Positions 31,327 through 41,728 of a stretch of DNA of 64,000 nucleotides are shown one piece after another. Each line of letters begins with the position of its first letter. Position 1 is the stretch's first letter. A model generated the notes under the pieces. That model saw only the letters and a program-made list of their open reading frames with translations. It was not told where the DNA came from and ran no database searches. This DNA comes from Escherichia coli (GTDB lineage: Bacteria; Pseudomonadota; Gammaproteobacteria; Enterobacterales; Enterobacteriaceae), in NCBI RefSeq assembly GCF_013122565.1, contig NZ_CP053258.1, one strand, 5' to 3'. The position numbers were made by a program, and so were the translations under genes.

Positions 31327-33261
31327 ATGTTTCAGGACAACCCGCTGCTAGCGCAGCTTAAACAGCAACTGCATTCCCAGACGCCACGCGCTGAAGGGGT
31401 GGTAAAAGCCACAGAAAAAGGCTTTGGCTTCCTGGAAGTCGACGCGCAAAAAAGTTATTTCATTCCGCCGCCGCAGATGAAAAAAGTCATGCATGGCGAC
31501 CGAATTATCGCGGTGATCCACAGTGAAAAAGAACGTGAATCCGCAGAGCCAGAAGAACTGGTTGAACCGTTCCTGACTCGTTTCGTGGGTAAAGTTCAGG
31601 GCAAAAATGACCGTCTGGCCATCGTTCCTGATCATCCACTCTTAAAAGACGCCATTCCTTGCCGCGCAGCCCGTGGCCTGAACCACGAGTTTAAAGAAGG
31701 GGACTGGGCGGTTGCCGAAATGCGCCGTCATCCGCTGAAAGGCGATCGTTCTTTCTATGCTGAACTGACACAATACATCACTTTTGGTGACGACCACTTT
31801 GTACCGTGGTGGGTTACACTTGCGCGCCATAATCTGGAAAAAGAAGCACCAGACGGTGTCGCTACCGAAATGCTCGATGAAGGTCTGGTTCGTGAAGATC
31901 TGACCGCGCTGGATTTTGTCACCATCGACAGTGCCAGCACGGAAGATATGGATGACGCCCTTTTCGCTAAGGCGTTGCCGGATGACAAACTTCAGCTGAT
32001 TGTGGCGATTGCTGATCCAACCGCGTGGATTGCTGAAGGTAGCAAGCTGGACAAAGCCGCGAAAATTCGCGCATTCACCAACTATCTGCCTGGCTTCAAC
32101 ATCCCTATGCTGCCTCGCGAGCTTTCTGACGATCTCTGCTCACTGCGCGCCAATGAAGTCCGCCCGGTACTGGCATGCCGCATGACACTCTCCGCTGATG
32201 GCACCATTGAAGATAATATCGAATTCTTTGCCGCCACCATCGAATCCAAAGCGAAGCTGGTGTATGACCAGGTTTCTGACTGGCTGGAAAATACCGGTGA
32301 CTGGCAGCCTGAAAGTGAAGCAATTGCCGAACAAGTCCGTTTGTTAGCGCAAATTTGCCAACGCCGCGGCGAGTGGCGTCATAACCACGCACTGGTGTTT
32401 AAAGATCGCCCGGATTACCGCTTTATTCTCGGTGAAAAAGGTGAAGTGCTGGATATCGTCGCCGAGCCTCGTCGCATTGCCAACCGTATCGTCGAAGAAG
32501 CGATGATTGCCGCTAATATTTGTGCGGCCCGCGTACTGCGCGATAAGCTCGGTTTTGGCATCTATAACGTGCATATGGGCTTTGATCCGGCGAATGCCGA
32601 CGCGCTGGCAGCGTTGCTGAAAACGCACGGTCTGCATGTCGATGCCGAAGAAGTGCTTACGCTGGACGGTTTCTGTAAGCTGCGTCGTGAACTGGATGCG
32701 CAACCAACTGGTTTCCTCGACAGCCGCATTCGTCGCTTCCAGTCATTTGCTGAAATTAGCACTGAACCCGGTCCTCACTTTGGCCTCGGTCTGGAAGCAT
32801 ACGCCACCTGGACTTCGCCGATCCGTAAATATGGCGACATGATCAACCACCGTCTGCTGAAAGCGATTATCAAAGGCGAAACTGCGACGCGTCCACAGGA
32901 TGAAATCACTGTCCAAATGGCCGAGCGTCGCCGTCTCAATCGGATGGCAGAACGTGATGTTGGTGACTGGTTATACGCACGCTTCCTGAAAGACAAAGCC
33001 GGGACCGACACCCGTTTCGCGGCGGAAATTGTCGATATCAGCCGTGGCGGCATGCGTGTTCGTTTGGTTGATAACGGCGCTATCGCCTTTATTCCTGCAC
33101 CTTTCTTACACGCTGTGCGCGATGAAATGGTTTGCAGCCAGGAAAACGGCACCGTACAAATTAAAGGTGAAACGGTTTATAAAGTAACTGACGTTATTGA
33201 CGTCACCATTGCCGAAGTCCGCATGGAAACCCGCAGCATTATTGCGCGCCCGGTCGCGTAA
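31327..33261 (+). CDS. rnb: exoribonuclease II
   Basis: 644-aa [18 protein letters not shown]; RNB catalytic domain and C-terminal S1 domain. Confidence 0.97.
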   Translation: MFQDNPLLAQLKQQLHSQTPRAEGVVKATEKGFGFLEVDAQKSYFIPPPQMKKVMHGDRIIAVIHSEKERESAEPEELVEPFLTRFVGKVQGKNDRLAIVPDHPLLKDAIPCRAARGLNHEFKEGDWAVAEMRRHPLKGDRSFYAELTQYITFGDDHFVPWWVTLARHNLEKEAPDGVATEMLDEGLVREDLTALDFVTIDSASTEDMDDALFAKALPDDKLQLIVAIADPTAWIAEGSKLDKAAKIRAFTNYLPGFNIPMLPRELSDDLCSLRANEVRPVLACRMTLSADGTIEDNIEFFAATIESKAKLVYDQVSDWLENTGDWQPESEAIAEQVRLLAQICQRRGEWRHNHALVFKDRPDYRFILGEKGEVLDIVAEPRRIANRIVEEAMIAANICAARVLRDKLGFGIYNVHMGFDPANADALAALLKTHGLHVDAEEVLTLDGFCKLRRELDAQPTGFLDSRIRRFQSFAEISTEPGPHFGLGLEAYATWTSPIRKYGDMINHRLLKAIIKGETATRPQDEITVQMAERRRLNRMAERDVGDWLYARFLKDKAGTDTRFAAEIVDISRGGMRVRLVDNGAIAFIPAPFLHAVRDEMVCSQENGTVQIKGETVYKVTDVIDVTIAEVRMETRSIIARPVA

Positions 33262-33270
33262 TCTCCTTTC

Positions 33271-33304
33271 ACGGCCCATTCCTTATGAATGGGCCGTTTA
33301 TTTC
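33271..33304 (+). terminator. rho-independent terminator of rnb
   Basis: GGCCCATTC-cttatg-AATGGGCC followed by GTTTATTT. Confidence 0.8.
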
Positions 33305-33494
33305 CCCGCTCTACCTTCATCATGTCCCGGCAGTTTTTTAACTGACTTTCGTTTGAAAACTGGCGTTTTTCCAAAACTGGATTACAAATAAATATATAAA
33401 AAAACAATGCGTTTAGCCGCCGTTAATTTCATGTAAGTCATGTTGTTCCTTTTATTTAACCGCGGACTCCGCTGTTAACCGGAGGATATGCATC

Positions 33495-35480
33495 ATGAAA
33501 ACCGTTAGGGAGTCCACAACGTTGTACAACTTTCTCGGATCGCACAATTCATACTGGCGGTTGACGGAAAGCAGCGATGTTTTGCGCTTTTCTACCACCG
33601 AAACCACAGAACCTGAACGTATGTTGCAGTTATCTGCCGAACAGGCTGCTCGCATCAGGGAAATGACGGTCATCACCTCCAGCCTGATGATGAGTCTGAC
33701 CGTCGATGAAAGCGATCTTTCTGTGCATCTGGTAGGACGAAAAATCAATAAACGGGAATGGGCTGGCAACGCGTCTGCATGGCATGACACACCGGCGGTT
33801 GCTCGTGATTTATCACACGGGCTTTCCTTTGCTGAGCAGGTAGTTTCTGAAGCACATTCCGCAATAGTCATTCTCGACAGCCGGGGGAATATTCAACGCT
33901 TCAATCGGTTATGTGAAGATTACACAGGGTTGAAAGAACACGACGTCATTGGGCAAAGCGTGTTTAAACTGTTTATGAGCCGTCGTGAAGCTGCGGCATC
34001 CAGGCGCAATAACCGTGTATTTTTTCGAAGCGGCAATGCATATGAAGTCGAACTGTGGATACCAACACGTAAAGGCCAGCGGCTGTTTCTGTTTCGCAAT
34101 AAATTTGTCCACAGCGGCAGTGGCAAAAACGAGATTTTTTTAATCTGTTCAGGCACCGATATTACCGAAGAGCGCCGCGCTCAGGAGCGACTGCGTATTC
34201 TGGCAAATACCGACAGTATCACCGGACTGCCGAATCGTAACGCAATGCAGGAGTTAATCGATCACGCCATTAATCAGGCAGATAACAATAAAGTTGGGGT
34301 TGTGTATCTTGATTTGGATAATTTTAAAAAGGTCAATGACGCCTATGGGCATTTGTTTGGTGACCAGCTATTACGCGACGTGTCATTGGCTATTTTAAGC
34401 TGTCTCGAACATGACCAGGTGTTGGCGCGTCCAGGTGGCGATGAGTTTCTGGTACTCGCATCCAATACCTCACAAAGCGCGCTGGAAGCAATGGCATCAC
34501 GAATTTTGACTCGCTTACGGCTCCCCTTTCGTATTGGTTTAATTGAAGTTTATACCAGCTGTTCAGTAGGTATTTCGCTCTCTCCCGAACATGGTTCGGA
34601 CAGCGCGACTATTATTCGTCACGCCGACACAGCAATGTACACAGCGAAGGAAGGCGGACGAGGACAATTTTGCGTTTTTACTCCAGAAATGAATCAGCGG
34701 GTATTTGAATATCTCTGGCTGGATACCAACTTGCGTAAAGCACTGGAAAACGATCAGTTGGTTATTCACTATCAACCGAAAATCACCTGGCGTGGCGAAG
34801 TGCGCAGTCTGGAAGCACTAGTACGTTGGCAGTCACCTGAACGTGGGTTGATTCCACCGTTGGACTTCATTTCCTACGCCGAAGAGTCAGGGCTAATTGT
34901 GCCTTTAGGCCGTTGGGTGATTCTCGATGTCGTACGCCAGGTGGCAAAGTGGCGGGATAAAGGTATTAACCTGCGAGTGGCGGTAAATATTTCTGCACGT
35001 CAGCTCGCCGATCAAACCATTTTCACCGCCCTGAAACAGGTTCTTCAGGAACTCAATTTTGAATACTGCCCTATCGATGTTGAACTGACAGAGAGTTGTC
35101 TGATTGAGAATGATGAACTGGCACTGTCTGTTATTCAACAATTTAGCCAACTAGGTGCGCAAGTGCATCTGGACGATTTTGGTACCGGCTACTCTTCACT
35201 TTCGCAACTGGCGCGCTTTCCGATCGATGCCATCAAACTTGACCAGGTTTTTGTTCGAGATATTCACAAACAGCCTGTCTCGCAGTCACTGGTCCGGGCG
35301 ATCGTCGCTGTGGCCCAGGCATTGAATCTTCAGGTGATCGCCGAAGGTGTAGAGAGTGCAAAGGAAGATGCTTTTTTAACCAAGAACGGGATCAATGAGC
35401 GGCAAGGATTTTTGTTTGCCAAACCGATGCCCGCCGTCGCCTTCGAACGCTGGTATAAACGCTATCTGAAGCGCGCATAA
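33495..35480 (+). CDS. pdeR: c-di-GMP phosphodiesterase, PAS-GGDEF-EAL
   Basis: 661-aa ORF with degenerate GGDEF (PGGDEF) and EAL (EALVRW) motifs. Confidence 0.95.
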   Translation: MKTVRESTTLYNFLGSHNSYWRLTESSDVLRFSTTETTEPERMLQLSAEQAARIREMTVITSSLMMSLTVDESDLSVHLVGRKINKREWAGNASAWHDTPAVARDLSHGLSFAEQVVSEAHSAIVILDSRGNIQRFNRLCEDYTGLKEHDVIGQSVFKLFMSRREAAASRRNNRVFFRSGNAYEVELWIPTRKGQRLFLFRNKFVHSGSGKNEIFLICSGTDITEERRAQERLRILANTDSITGLPNRNAMQELIDHAINQADNNKVGVVYLDLDNFKKVNDAYGHLFGDQLLRDVSLAILSCLEHDQVLARPGGDEFLVLASNTSQSALEAMASRILTRLRLPFRIGLIEVYTSCSVGISLSPEHGSDSATIIRHADTAMYTAKEGGRGQFCVFTPEMNQRVFEYLWLDTNLRKALENDQLVIHYQPKITWRGEVRSLEALVRWQSPERGLIPPLDFISYAEESGLIVPLGRWVILDVVRQVAKWRDKGINLRVAVNISARQLADQTIFTALKQVLQELNFEYCPIDVELTESCLIENDELALSVIQQFSQLGAQVHLDDFGTGYSSLSQLARFPIDAIKLDQVFVRDIHKQPVSQSLVRAIVAVAQALNLQVIAEGVESAKEDAFLTKNGINERQGFLFAKPMPAVAFERWYKRYLKRA

Positions 35481-35626
35481 GTAGATGAATATATATACCT
35501 AGCGCTATATCCCGTCATTATATATCGTATTCCTGGATGATAATTAGCCGTTGCTGTTAAACACTTCTCTTTTAGCGGCAATTTTTGCATTATTCATTTT
35601 CCACTTTTGCTATAAGGATGTCCTTG

Positions 35627-35800
35627 ATGTCTGAATTTGATGCCCAGCGCGTTGCCGAACGTATTGATATTGTGTTAGATATCCTTGTGGCAGGCGATTA
35701 CCACTCTGCGATCCATAATCTCGAGATTCTTAAAGCAGAACTCTTGCGCCAGGTTGCTGAATCTACGCCAGACATCCCGAAGGCACCGTGGGAGATTTAA
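35627..35800 (+). CDS. yciZ: small protein, UPF0509 family
   Basis: 57-aa [30 protein letters not shown] after trimming track ORF to internal Met. Confidence 0.7.
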
Positions 35801-35890
35801 CAATCGTGCCTTCAGGTTTTCCTATTTGAGGATGCCCGGCGCGTCAGTATTTTTTTTATTTAGTATTATAACGTTATAAGAATTACAGCG

Positions 35891-36640
35891 ATGAATTCCC
35901 GACAACAAACTATTCTACAGATGGTCATTGACCAGGGTCAGGTTAGCGTAACCGATCTGGCAAAAGCCACTGGAGTTTCTGAAGTTACCATTCGCCAGGA
36001 TCTCAACACCCTCGAAAAACTGAATTACCTCCGCCGTGCACATGGTTTTGCAGTTTCGCTTGATAGTGATGACGTCGAAACCCGGATGATGAGCAACTAT
36101 ACGCTGAAGCGTGAACTCGCCGAGTTTGCCGCGTCACTGGTTCAACCGGGCGAAACCATCTTTATCGAAAATGGCAGCAGCAATGCCCTGCTCGCCCGGA
36201 CTCTTGGCGAACAGAAGAAAAATGTCACTATCATCACAGTCAGCAGCTACATTGCGCATTTGCTGAAAGACGCGCCTTGTGAAGTCATTTTGCTCGGTGG
36301 CGTGTACCAGAAAAAAAGCGAAAGTATGGTTGGCCCTTTGACACGCCAGTGCATCCAACAGGTGCATTTCAGCAAAGCATTTATTGGTATTGATGGCTGG
36401 CAACCTGAAACTGGATTTACCGGTCGCGATATGATGCGTACCGATGTGGTCAATGCCGTGCTGGAAAAAGAGTGCGAAGCGATAGTCCTGACTGACAGCT
36501 CGAAATTTGGTGCTGTACATTCATACTCCATCGGCCCCGTTGAGCGATTCAATCGCGTGATTACCGATTCGAAAATACGCGCCAGCGATTTGATGCATCT
36601 TGAGCACAGTAAACTCACCGTTCACGTCGTTGACATTTAA
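35891..36640 (+). CDS. yciT: DeoR-family transcriptional regulator
   Basis: 249-aa ORF; N-terminal HTH, C-terminal sugar-phosphate-binding domain. Confidence 0.9.
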   Translation: MNSRQQTILQMVIDQGQVSVTDLAKATGVSEVTIRQDLNTLEKLNYLRRAHGFAVSLDSDDVETRMMSNYTLKRELAEFAASLVQPGETIFIENGSSNALLARTLGEQKKNVTIITVSSYIAHLLKDAPCEVILLGGVYQKKSESMVGPLTRQCIQQVHFSKAFIGIDGWQPETGFTGRDMMRTDVVNAVLEKECEAIVLTDSSKFGAVHSYSIGPVERFNRVITDSKIRASDLMHLEHSKLTVHVVDI

Positions 36641-36908
36641 CCATTTCCCTTCTCTACGGATGATTTGCAGTTTGGCAAATCATCCGCTCTAAGATGATTC
36701 CTGGTTGATAATTAAGACTATTTACCTGTCATTAACATTCTCAAGATATAAAATTATTATCAGCGATATAACAGGAAGTCATTATCACCTGCGTGATATA
36801 ACCCTGCGCGCGAGCGGATTTCACGGAATAATTTCACCAGGCTTATTCTTAGCTATTATAGTTATAGAGAGCTTACTTCTGTGAATCATAAATTCAGGAG
36901 AGAGTATT

Positions 36909-37127
36909 ATGTTTGTAACGAGCAAAAAAATGACCGCGGCTGTTCTGGCAATTACCCTGGCAATGTCTCTGAGTGCCTGTTCTAACTGGTCTAAACGGGA
37001 TCGTAACACCGCAATCGGCGCTGGTGCAGGGGCATTAGGCGGTGCAGTACTGACCGATGGCAGTACGTTGGGTACATTAGGTGGTGCAGCTGTCGGTGGT
37101 GTTATTGGTCACCAGGTCGGTAAATAA
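36909..37127 (+). CDS. osmB: osmotically inducible lipoprotein B
   Basis: 72-aa ORF; lipobox LSAC; glycine-zipper repeats. Confidence 0.95.
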   Translation: MFVTSKKMTAAVLAITLAMSLSACSNWSKRDRNTAIGAGAGALGGAVLTDGSTLGTLGGAAVGGVIGHQVGK

Positions 37128-37221
37128 TCGTAAATAAATGTCGATTATCGACTCGCAATTATAATACGCTTGATTCTGTTCAGTACGAAATAACTGAATA
37201 ATACACACAGTAAAATATTCG

Positions 37222-37249
37222 AAAGCCACGGATATATCCGTGGCTTTTT
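37222..37249. terminator. bidirectional terminator between osmB and yciH
   Basis: AAAGCCACGGATATATCCGTGGCTTTTT. Confidence 0.8.
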
Positions 37250-37252
37250 ATG

Positions 37253-37579
37253 TTAACCGCCTGCGAGTTTTACCTTCATCCCTTTCGCTTCAAGCAGTGA
37301 TTTTAATAAATCACGCTTATCGCCCTGGATTTCAATAATTCCGTCTTTAACTGCTCCGCCGCAGCCGCATTTTTTCTTCAGTTCCGCTGCCAGTTTTGTC
37401 AGTTCGGCATCATCGAGATCGACACCGGTAATCAGGCAAACGCCCTTACCTTTACGTCCACTGGTCTGACGCTGAATACGCACCACTCCGTCGCCTTTAG
37501 GGCGTACAGGGGCCGCTTTGGGCTCATCAATACGCCCGGTTTCTGTTGAGTAGACCAGACGGCTGTTGGAATCACTCAT
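37253..37579 (-). CDS. yciH: SUI1/eIF1-like translation factor
   Basis: 108-aa [19 protein letters not shown]; start overlaps pyrF stop. Confidence 0.9.
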   Translation of the reverse strand: MSDSNSRLVYSTETGRIDEPKAAPVRPKGDGVVRIQRQTSGRKGKGVCLITGVDLDDAELTKLAAELKKKCGCGGAVKDGIIEIQGDKRDLLKSLLEAKGMKVKLAGG

Positions 37580-38316
37580 CATGCACTCCGCTGTAAAGAG
37601 GCGTTGATCGCTTTCAGCGTCTGCGCTGGATCTACCGATTGCGTTACCGGGCGACCAATCACCATATAATCAACACCAGCCGCCAACGCCTGTTCTGGCG
37701 TCATAATGCGGCGCTGGTCACCAGCATCACTCCCCTGCGGACGAATGCCCGGCGTAACCAGTTTGAACTCCTGACCGAATACCTGTTTGAAACGTACAGC
37801 TTCCTGAGCAGAACACACCACACCATCAAGGCCACATTTTTGCGTCAGTGCCGCCAGACGTTCTGCATAATCTGCAGGTGACAGTGTCACGCCAAGATCG
37901 GTCAGGTCGCTGGCTTCCATGCTGGTCAACACTGTCACAGCAATCAAAAGCGGTGCATCTTTGCCAAACGGAACAAGTGCCTCACGCGCTGCGGTCATCA
38001 TACGCGCCCCACCGGAGGCATGAACATTCACCATCCACACGCCTAAGTCAGCTGCAGCAGCGACAGCGTGTGCTGCAGTGTTGGGAATATCGTGGAATTT
38101 CAGGTCAAGAAAGATATCAAAACCACGCTGTTGAAGTTCGCGCACAAACTGTGGCCCAAACAATGTAAACATCTCTTTGCCGACCTTCAGACGACAATCG
38201 CGTGGGTCGATCTTGTCGACAAAGGCCAGCGCGTCATCACGATTATGATAATCAAGGGCAACAACCACAGGAGAATTCGTAACAGCGCGGGAAGAAGATG
38301 AAGCAGTTAACGTCAT
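37579..38316 (-). CDS. pyrF: orotidine-5'-phosphate decarboxylase
   Basis: Track ORF trimmed to [12 protein letters not shown] (245 aa). Confidence 0.95.
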   Translation of the reverse strand: MTLTASSSSRAVTNSPVVVALDYHNRDDALAFVDKIDPRDCRLKVGKEMFTLFGPQFVRELQQRGFDIFLDLKFHDIPNTAAHAVAAAADLGVWMVNVHASGGARMMTAAREALVPFGKDAPLLIAVTVLTSMEASDLTDLGVTLSPADYAERLAALTQKCGLDGVVCSAQEAVRFKQVFGQEFKLVTPGIRPQGSDAGDQRRIMTPEQALAAGVDYMVIGRPVTQSVDPAQTLKAINASLQRSA

Positions 38317-38507
38317 GACCAGACCTTCTTGATGATGGGCACCGGAAGTGGCGCGAAACAGGTAAACGGCGAGCATTCTACCCGTGGAAATAAAAAATTA
38401 ACAGTTGCGATTTCTCCCCTGGCAGGCTTTTCTGCGCCGTCGTTGCCGGAGCACAATGGAACATCAATAATTAGTATGTTGTAACTAAAGTCGATTTTTT
38501 TTAAAAA

Positions 38508-39677
38508 TTACAGGCCATCAAGACCGCGAATCGGTTTAATGGTTGACCAGGCCCGACAAGACGGACAATGCCAGTAGAGGGTGTATGCGGTAAAACCACA
38601 TTTCTGGCAGCGATAACGAGGCTTACTACGTACCTTTTCACCAACCATGTCACGCAGCACCATCAGGCTCTCTTTGGCACGCCCTTCTTCCGCTTCATTT
38701 AAGTGGTAATCCATTAGCTTATGGAACACACGCATGGTCGGATGACGCTGAAGCTGGCGCGTAATATAGACCTGTGCGGCCTCACTACCGTCGCGCGCTT
38801 CGATGATATCCGCAAGCATCAATTCAGCATCGGCACCGGTGTTCTCTTCCACCGCGCGCTGTAGGAATTCTGCCCATTCGGCAGTTTTACCCAACTGCTG
38901 ATAGCAGGTTTGCAACATTTCCAGCGTTTCGCTGACCAGTTCTCTGTCCTGGGATATGACACGTTGCAGACTTTCGACGGCTTTGGCGTATTCTCCTTTC
39001 GCCATAAACACGCGTCCCATCATGATGGATACGCGGGCGCTGTTTTTATCTGCCGCCGCCCCTTTTTTTAGCAAGGTCATGGCACGATCGAGATCGTCGC
39101 TGGCCATATGCTGCAGGGCTAACTCACAGTAGAAATGGGCAATTTCGACGCGCTGTTTATCTTTACCCAGCTTCACCAGGCGTTCGGCAACATCAATTGC
39201 TTTCTGCCACTCGCTGGTAGCCTGGTAGATTTGTAGCAACTGTTGCAGAGCGCCAATGCGGAAGTCAGTTTCATCGGTCAGCTGATTGAACATGTCTTCC
39301 GCGCGGTCGTATAACCCGGCGGCCATGTAATCACGCCCCAGTTGTTGAATCGCCAACAGACGCTGTTCATAGGTCAGCGAGGCGCTTTCCATTAGGGTCT
39401 GATGGATGCGAATAGCGCGATCAACTTCGCCACGCGAACGGAACAGGTTTCCGAGCGTAAGGTGGGCTTCAACGGTGCCTGTATCCTCTTTAAGCATATC
39501 GAGAAACAGGTCTACCGCTTTATCCTGTTGATTACTAAGCAGGAAGTTAACCCCCGCTACGTAATCACGCGACAAGCGGTTGGCTTCATCTTGCTTGTTT
39601 TGTTGCGCACTTCTGCGGCCCATATACCAGCCATAGGCAGCGGCTACAGGCAAAAGCAGAAACAACAACTCCAGCAT
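38508..39677 (-). CDS. lapB: LPS assembly protein B (TPR repeats, C-terminal rubredoxin-like zinc finger)
   Basis: 389-aa ORF; N-terminal TM; CxxC...CxxC at C-terminus. Confidence 0.95.
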   Translation of the reverse strand: MLELLFLLLPVAAAYGWYMGRRSAQQNKQDEANRLSRDYVAGVNFLLSNQQDKAVDLFLDMLKEDTGTVEAHLTLGNLFRSRGEVDRAIRIHQTLMESASLTYEQRLLAIQQLGRDYMAAGLYDRAEDMFNQLTDETDFRIGALQQLLQIYQATSEWQKAIDVAERLVKLGKDKQRVEIAHFYCELALQHMASDDLDRAMTLLKKGAAADKNSARVSIMMGRVFMAKGEYAKAVESLQRVISQDRELVSETLEMLQTCYQQLGKTAEWAEFLQRAVEENTGADAELMLADIIEARDGSEAAQVYITRQLQRHPTMRVFHKLMDYHLNEAEEGRAKESLMVLRDMVGEKVRSKPRYRCQKCGFTAYTLYWHCPSCRAWSTIKPIRGLDGL

Positions 39678-39683
39678 AGAAAG

Positions 39684-39992
39684 TTATTCCTTCGCCGCTG
39701 ACGAGTGCGGCGCTACAGCCACGTCAGTCGCGGGTGAAAGCTGGTTTTCCAGTCGCTTTATTTTACGTTCAGCGCGCGCCAGGGAAACACGAACTCGCAG
39801 CCAGAACAGGCCACAAATCAACCAACCGATAGCAAACCCCGCAGCAAACAATACCGCCAGCAATGTGGAAATACGGTACTCCCCTTGCGCTAACAGATAA
39901 TTAAACGTCACCTGTTGATCGTTCTGCGCACCCAACGTGACCGAAATCACGAAGATCGCTAACACCAGTAAGAAAATGAGTAAATATTTCAC
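39684..39992 (-). CDS. lapA: LPS assembly protein A
   Basis: 102-aa membrane ORF immediately upstream of lapB. Confidence 0.9.
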   Translation of the reverse strand: MKYLLIFLLVLAIFVISVTLGAQNDQQVTFNYLLAQGEYRISTLLAVLFAAGFAIGWLICGLFWLRVRVSLARAERKIKRLENQLSPATDVAVAPHSSAAKE

Positions 39993-40140
39993 ATTACTTC
40001 CCGTTATGTGGTTAGAGCGAATAAATTATGGTCAACTTACCGCAATAGCCCTTTAAAGTACCATTTTCGCGCCGTCTGCGAAATGGCATCCACGCGCATT
40101 GTTGATGATTTAAGGGCTAAATTCGGAAAATCAACCAGCG

Positions 40141-40905
40141 TTAACTTTCTTGTTCTCGTTGCGCTATTTCGCGATTTTCTTCCGCAGGTGGTGTTAATGG
40201 CCCACAAATTCGTTGCGTAAGCCACGTTGCCACCGCCACCAGCGCCCACGAAATCAACGTAGCTACCACCAGATCGCGTGGCCAATGCATCCCGAGCAGC
40301 AGGCGGCTTCCCATGACTCCCGTTGCCCAGACCAGCAAGATAGCAATGGTTAACGTTCGCCGACGCGGCCACAGCAAACCAACGGCCAGCAGTGCCCAAC
40401 TGGCAGCAAACATCGTGTGACCGGAAGGAAAGGCAAACCCGGTCTCTTTCTGCCAGTGTGAACGCAAATATTGTGGGATATTTATCTCTTCAGCCAACTG
40501 TTCTTTCACTAGATTTCCGCGTTCTGCTCGCTTTAAAGTGTAGAACTCATCAACCGGAATATGATGTGTTTTTTCCAGCCAGATAACAAAAGGTCGTGGT
40601 TCCTGGACTTTGTCTTTGATCCAGGATTTAACGCCTTGTCCCACAAGGATTGCCGCCGCCAGAATGGCAAATAATACAAAGGCAGCCTTAATGCGAAAAC
40701 GCAGACACCAGAGAAACCAGCCGAATAAAATCAAATGTGTAATGACGCCCCAGGGCTGGGTGACAGTTTCAGTAACCCAAAAAGCCGCTTTTAGTAGCCA
40801 ACTTTGTTCTCCAGGTTGCCAACGCCAGCCAGAAATCCATACGGCTACTGGCATAACAAGCAATAGTGCAGCTCCCACTGCGGTACGTCGGGCAATCGAA
40901 CGCAT
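40141..40905 (-). CDS. pgpB: phosphatidylglycerophosphatase B (PAP2)
   Basis: 254-aa membrane ORF with PAP2 motifs (PSGH, SRLLLGMHWPRD). Confidence 0.9.
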   Translation of the reverse strand: MRSIARRTAVGAALLLVMPVAVWISGWRWQPGEQSWLLKAAFWVTETVTQPWGVITHLILFGWFLWCLRFRIKAAFVLFAILAAAILVGQGVKSWIKDKVQEPRPFVIWLEKTHHIPVDEFYTLKRAERGNLVKEQLAEEINIPQYLRSHWQKETGFAFPSGHTMFAASWALLAVGLLWPRRRTLTIAILLVWATGVMGSRLLLGMHWPRDLVVATLISWALVAVATWLTQRICGPLTPPAEENREIAQREQES

Positions 40906-41074
40906 GGCCTCTCCTTTTTGATAAGTCCCACAATCATAACTGAAAATGCCAGTTCCAGGAAAAATTGACAGATTTGTGCCATTCCGTGAACGATCGACGC
41001 GTCGTGATTAGGTGAACCCCTTCTCGTTATGGCAAAATAAGCCAATACAGAACCAGCATTATCTGGAGAATTTC

Positions 41075-41665
41075 ATGCAGCTTAAACGTGTGGCAGAAGC
41101 CAAACTGCCAACCCCATGGGGCGATTTCCTGATGGTGGGATTTGAAGAACTGGCAACCGGACACGATCATGTCGCGCTAGTCTATGGCGATATTTCCGGG
41201 CATACCCCGGTACTTGCGCGCGTCCATTCCGAATGTCTGACCGGTGACGCTCTGTTCAGCTTGCGCTGCGATTGTGGCTTCCAGCTCGAAGCGGCATTGA
41301 CGCAAATTGCCGAGGAAGGCCGTGGTATTTTGCTGTATCACCGTCAGGAAGGTCGTAACATTGGTCTGCTGAATAAAATCCGCGCTTACGCACTGCAGGA
41401 TCAAGGTTACGATACTGTAGAGGCTAACCACCAGTTAGGCTTCGCCGCTGATGAGCGCGACTTCACTCTTTGCGCTGATATGTTCAAACTCCTTGGCGTC
41501 AATGAAGTCCGCTTGTTAACCAATAACCCGAAAAAAGTCGAAATTCTGACCGAAGCAGGGATTAATATTGTTGAACGCGTACCATTGATTGTAGGTCGTA
41601 ACCCCAATAACGAACATTATCTCGATACCAAAGCCGAGAAAATGGGCCATTTGCTGAACAAATAA
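41075..41665 (+). CDS. ribA: GTP cyclohydrolase II
   Basis: Track ORF trimmed to [11 protein letters not shown] (196 aa). Confidence 0.95.
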
Positions 41666-41686
41666 CCCTCTTGCATTGTGGAATTC

Positions 41687-41723
41687 ATTTGCTTGCCGGA
41701 AGCAAAATAACCGGCAAGCAAAT
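41687..41723. terminator. bidirectional terminator between ribA and acnA
   Basis: ATTTGCTTGCCGG ... CCGGCAAGCAAAT inverted repeat. Confidence 0.7.
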
Positions 41724-41728
41724 ACTTG

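Noticed and set aside
40008-40399. 70-aa plus and 120-aa minus ORFs around the lapA-pgpB spacer
   Set aside because: Overlap the pgpB 3' end and lapA promoter region; no start context or recognisable fold.
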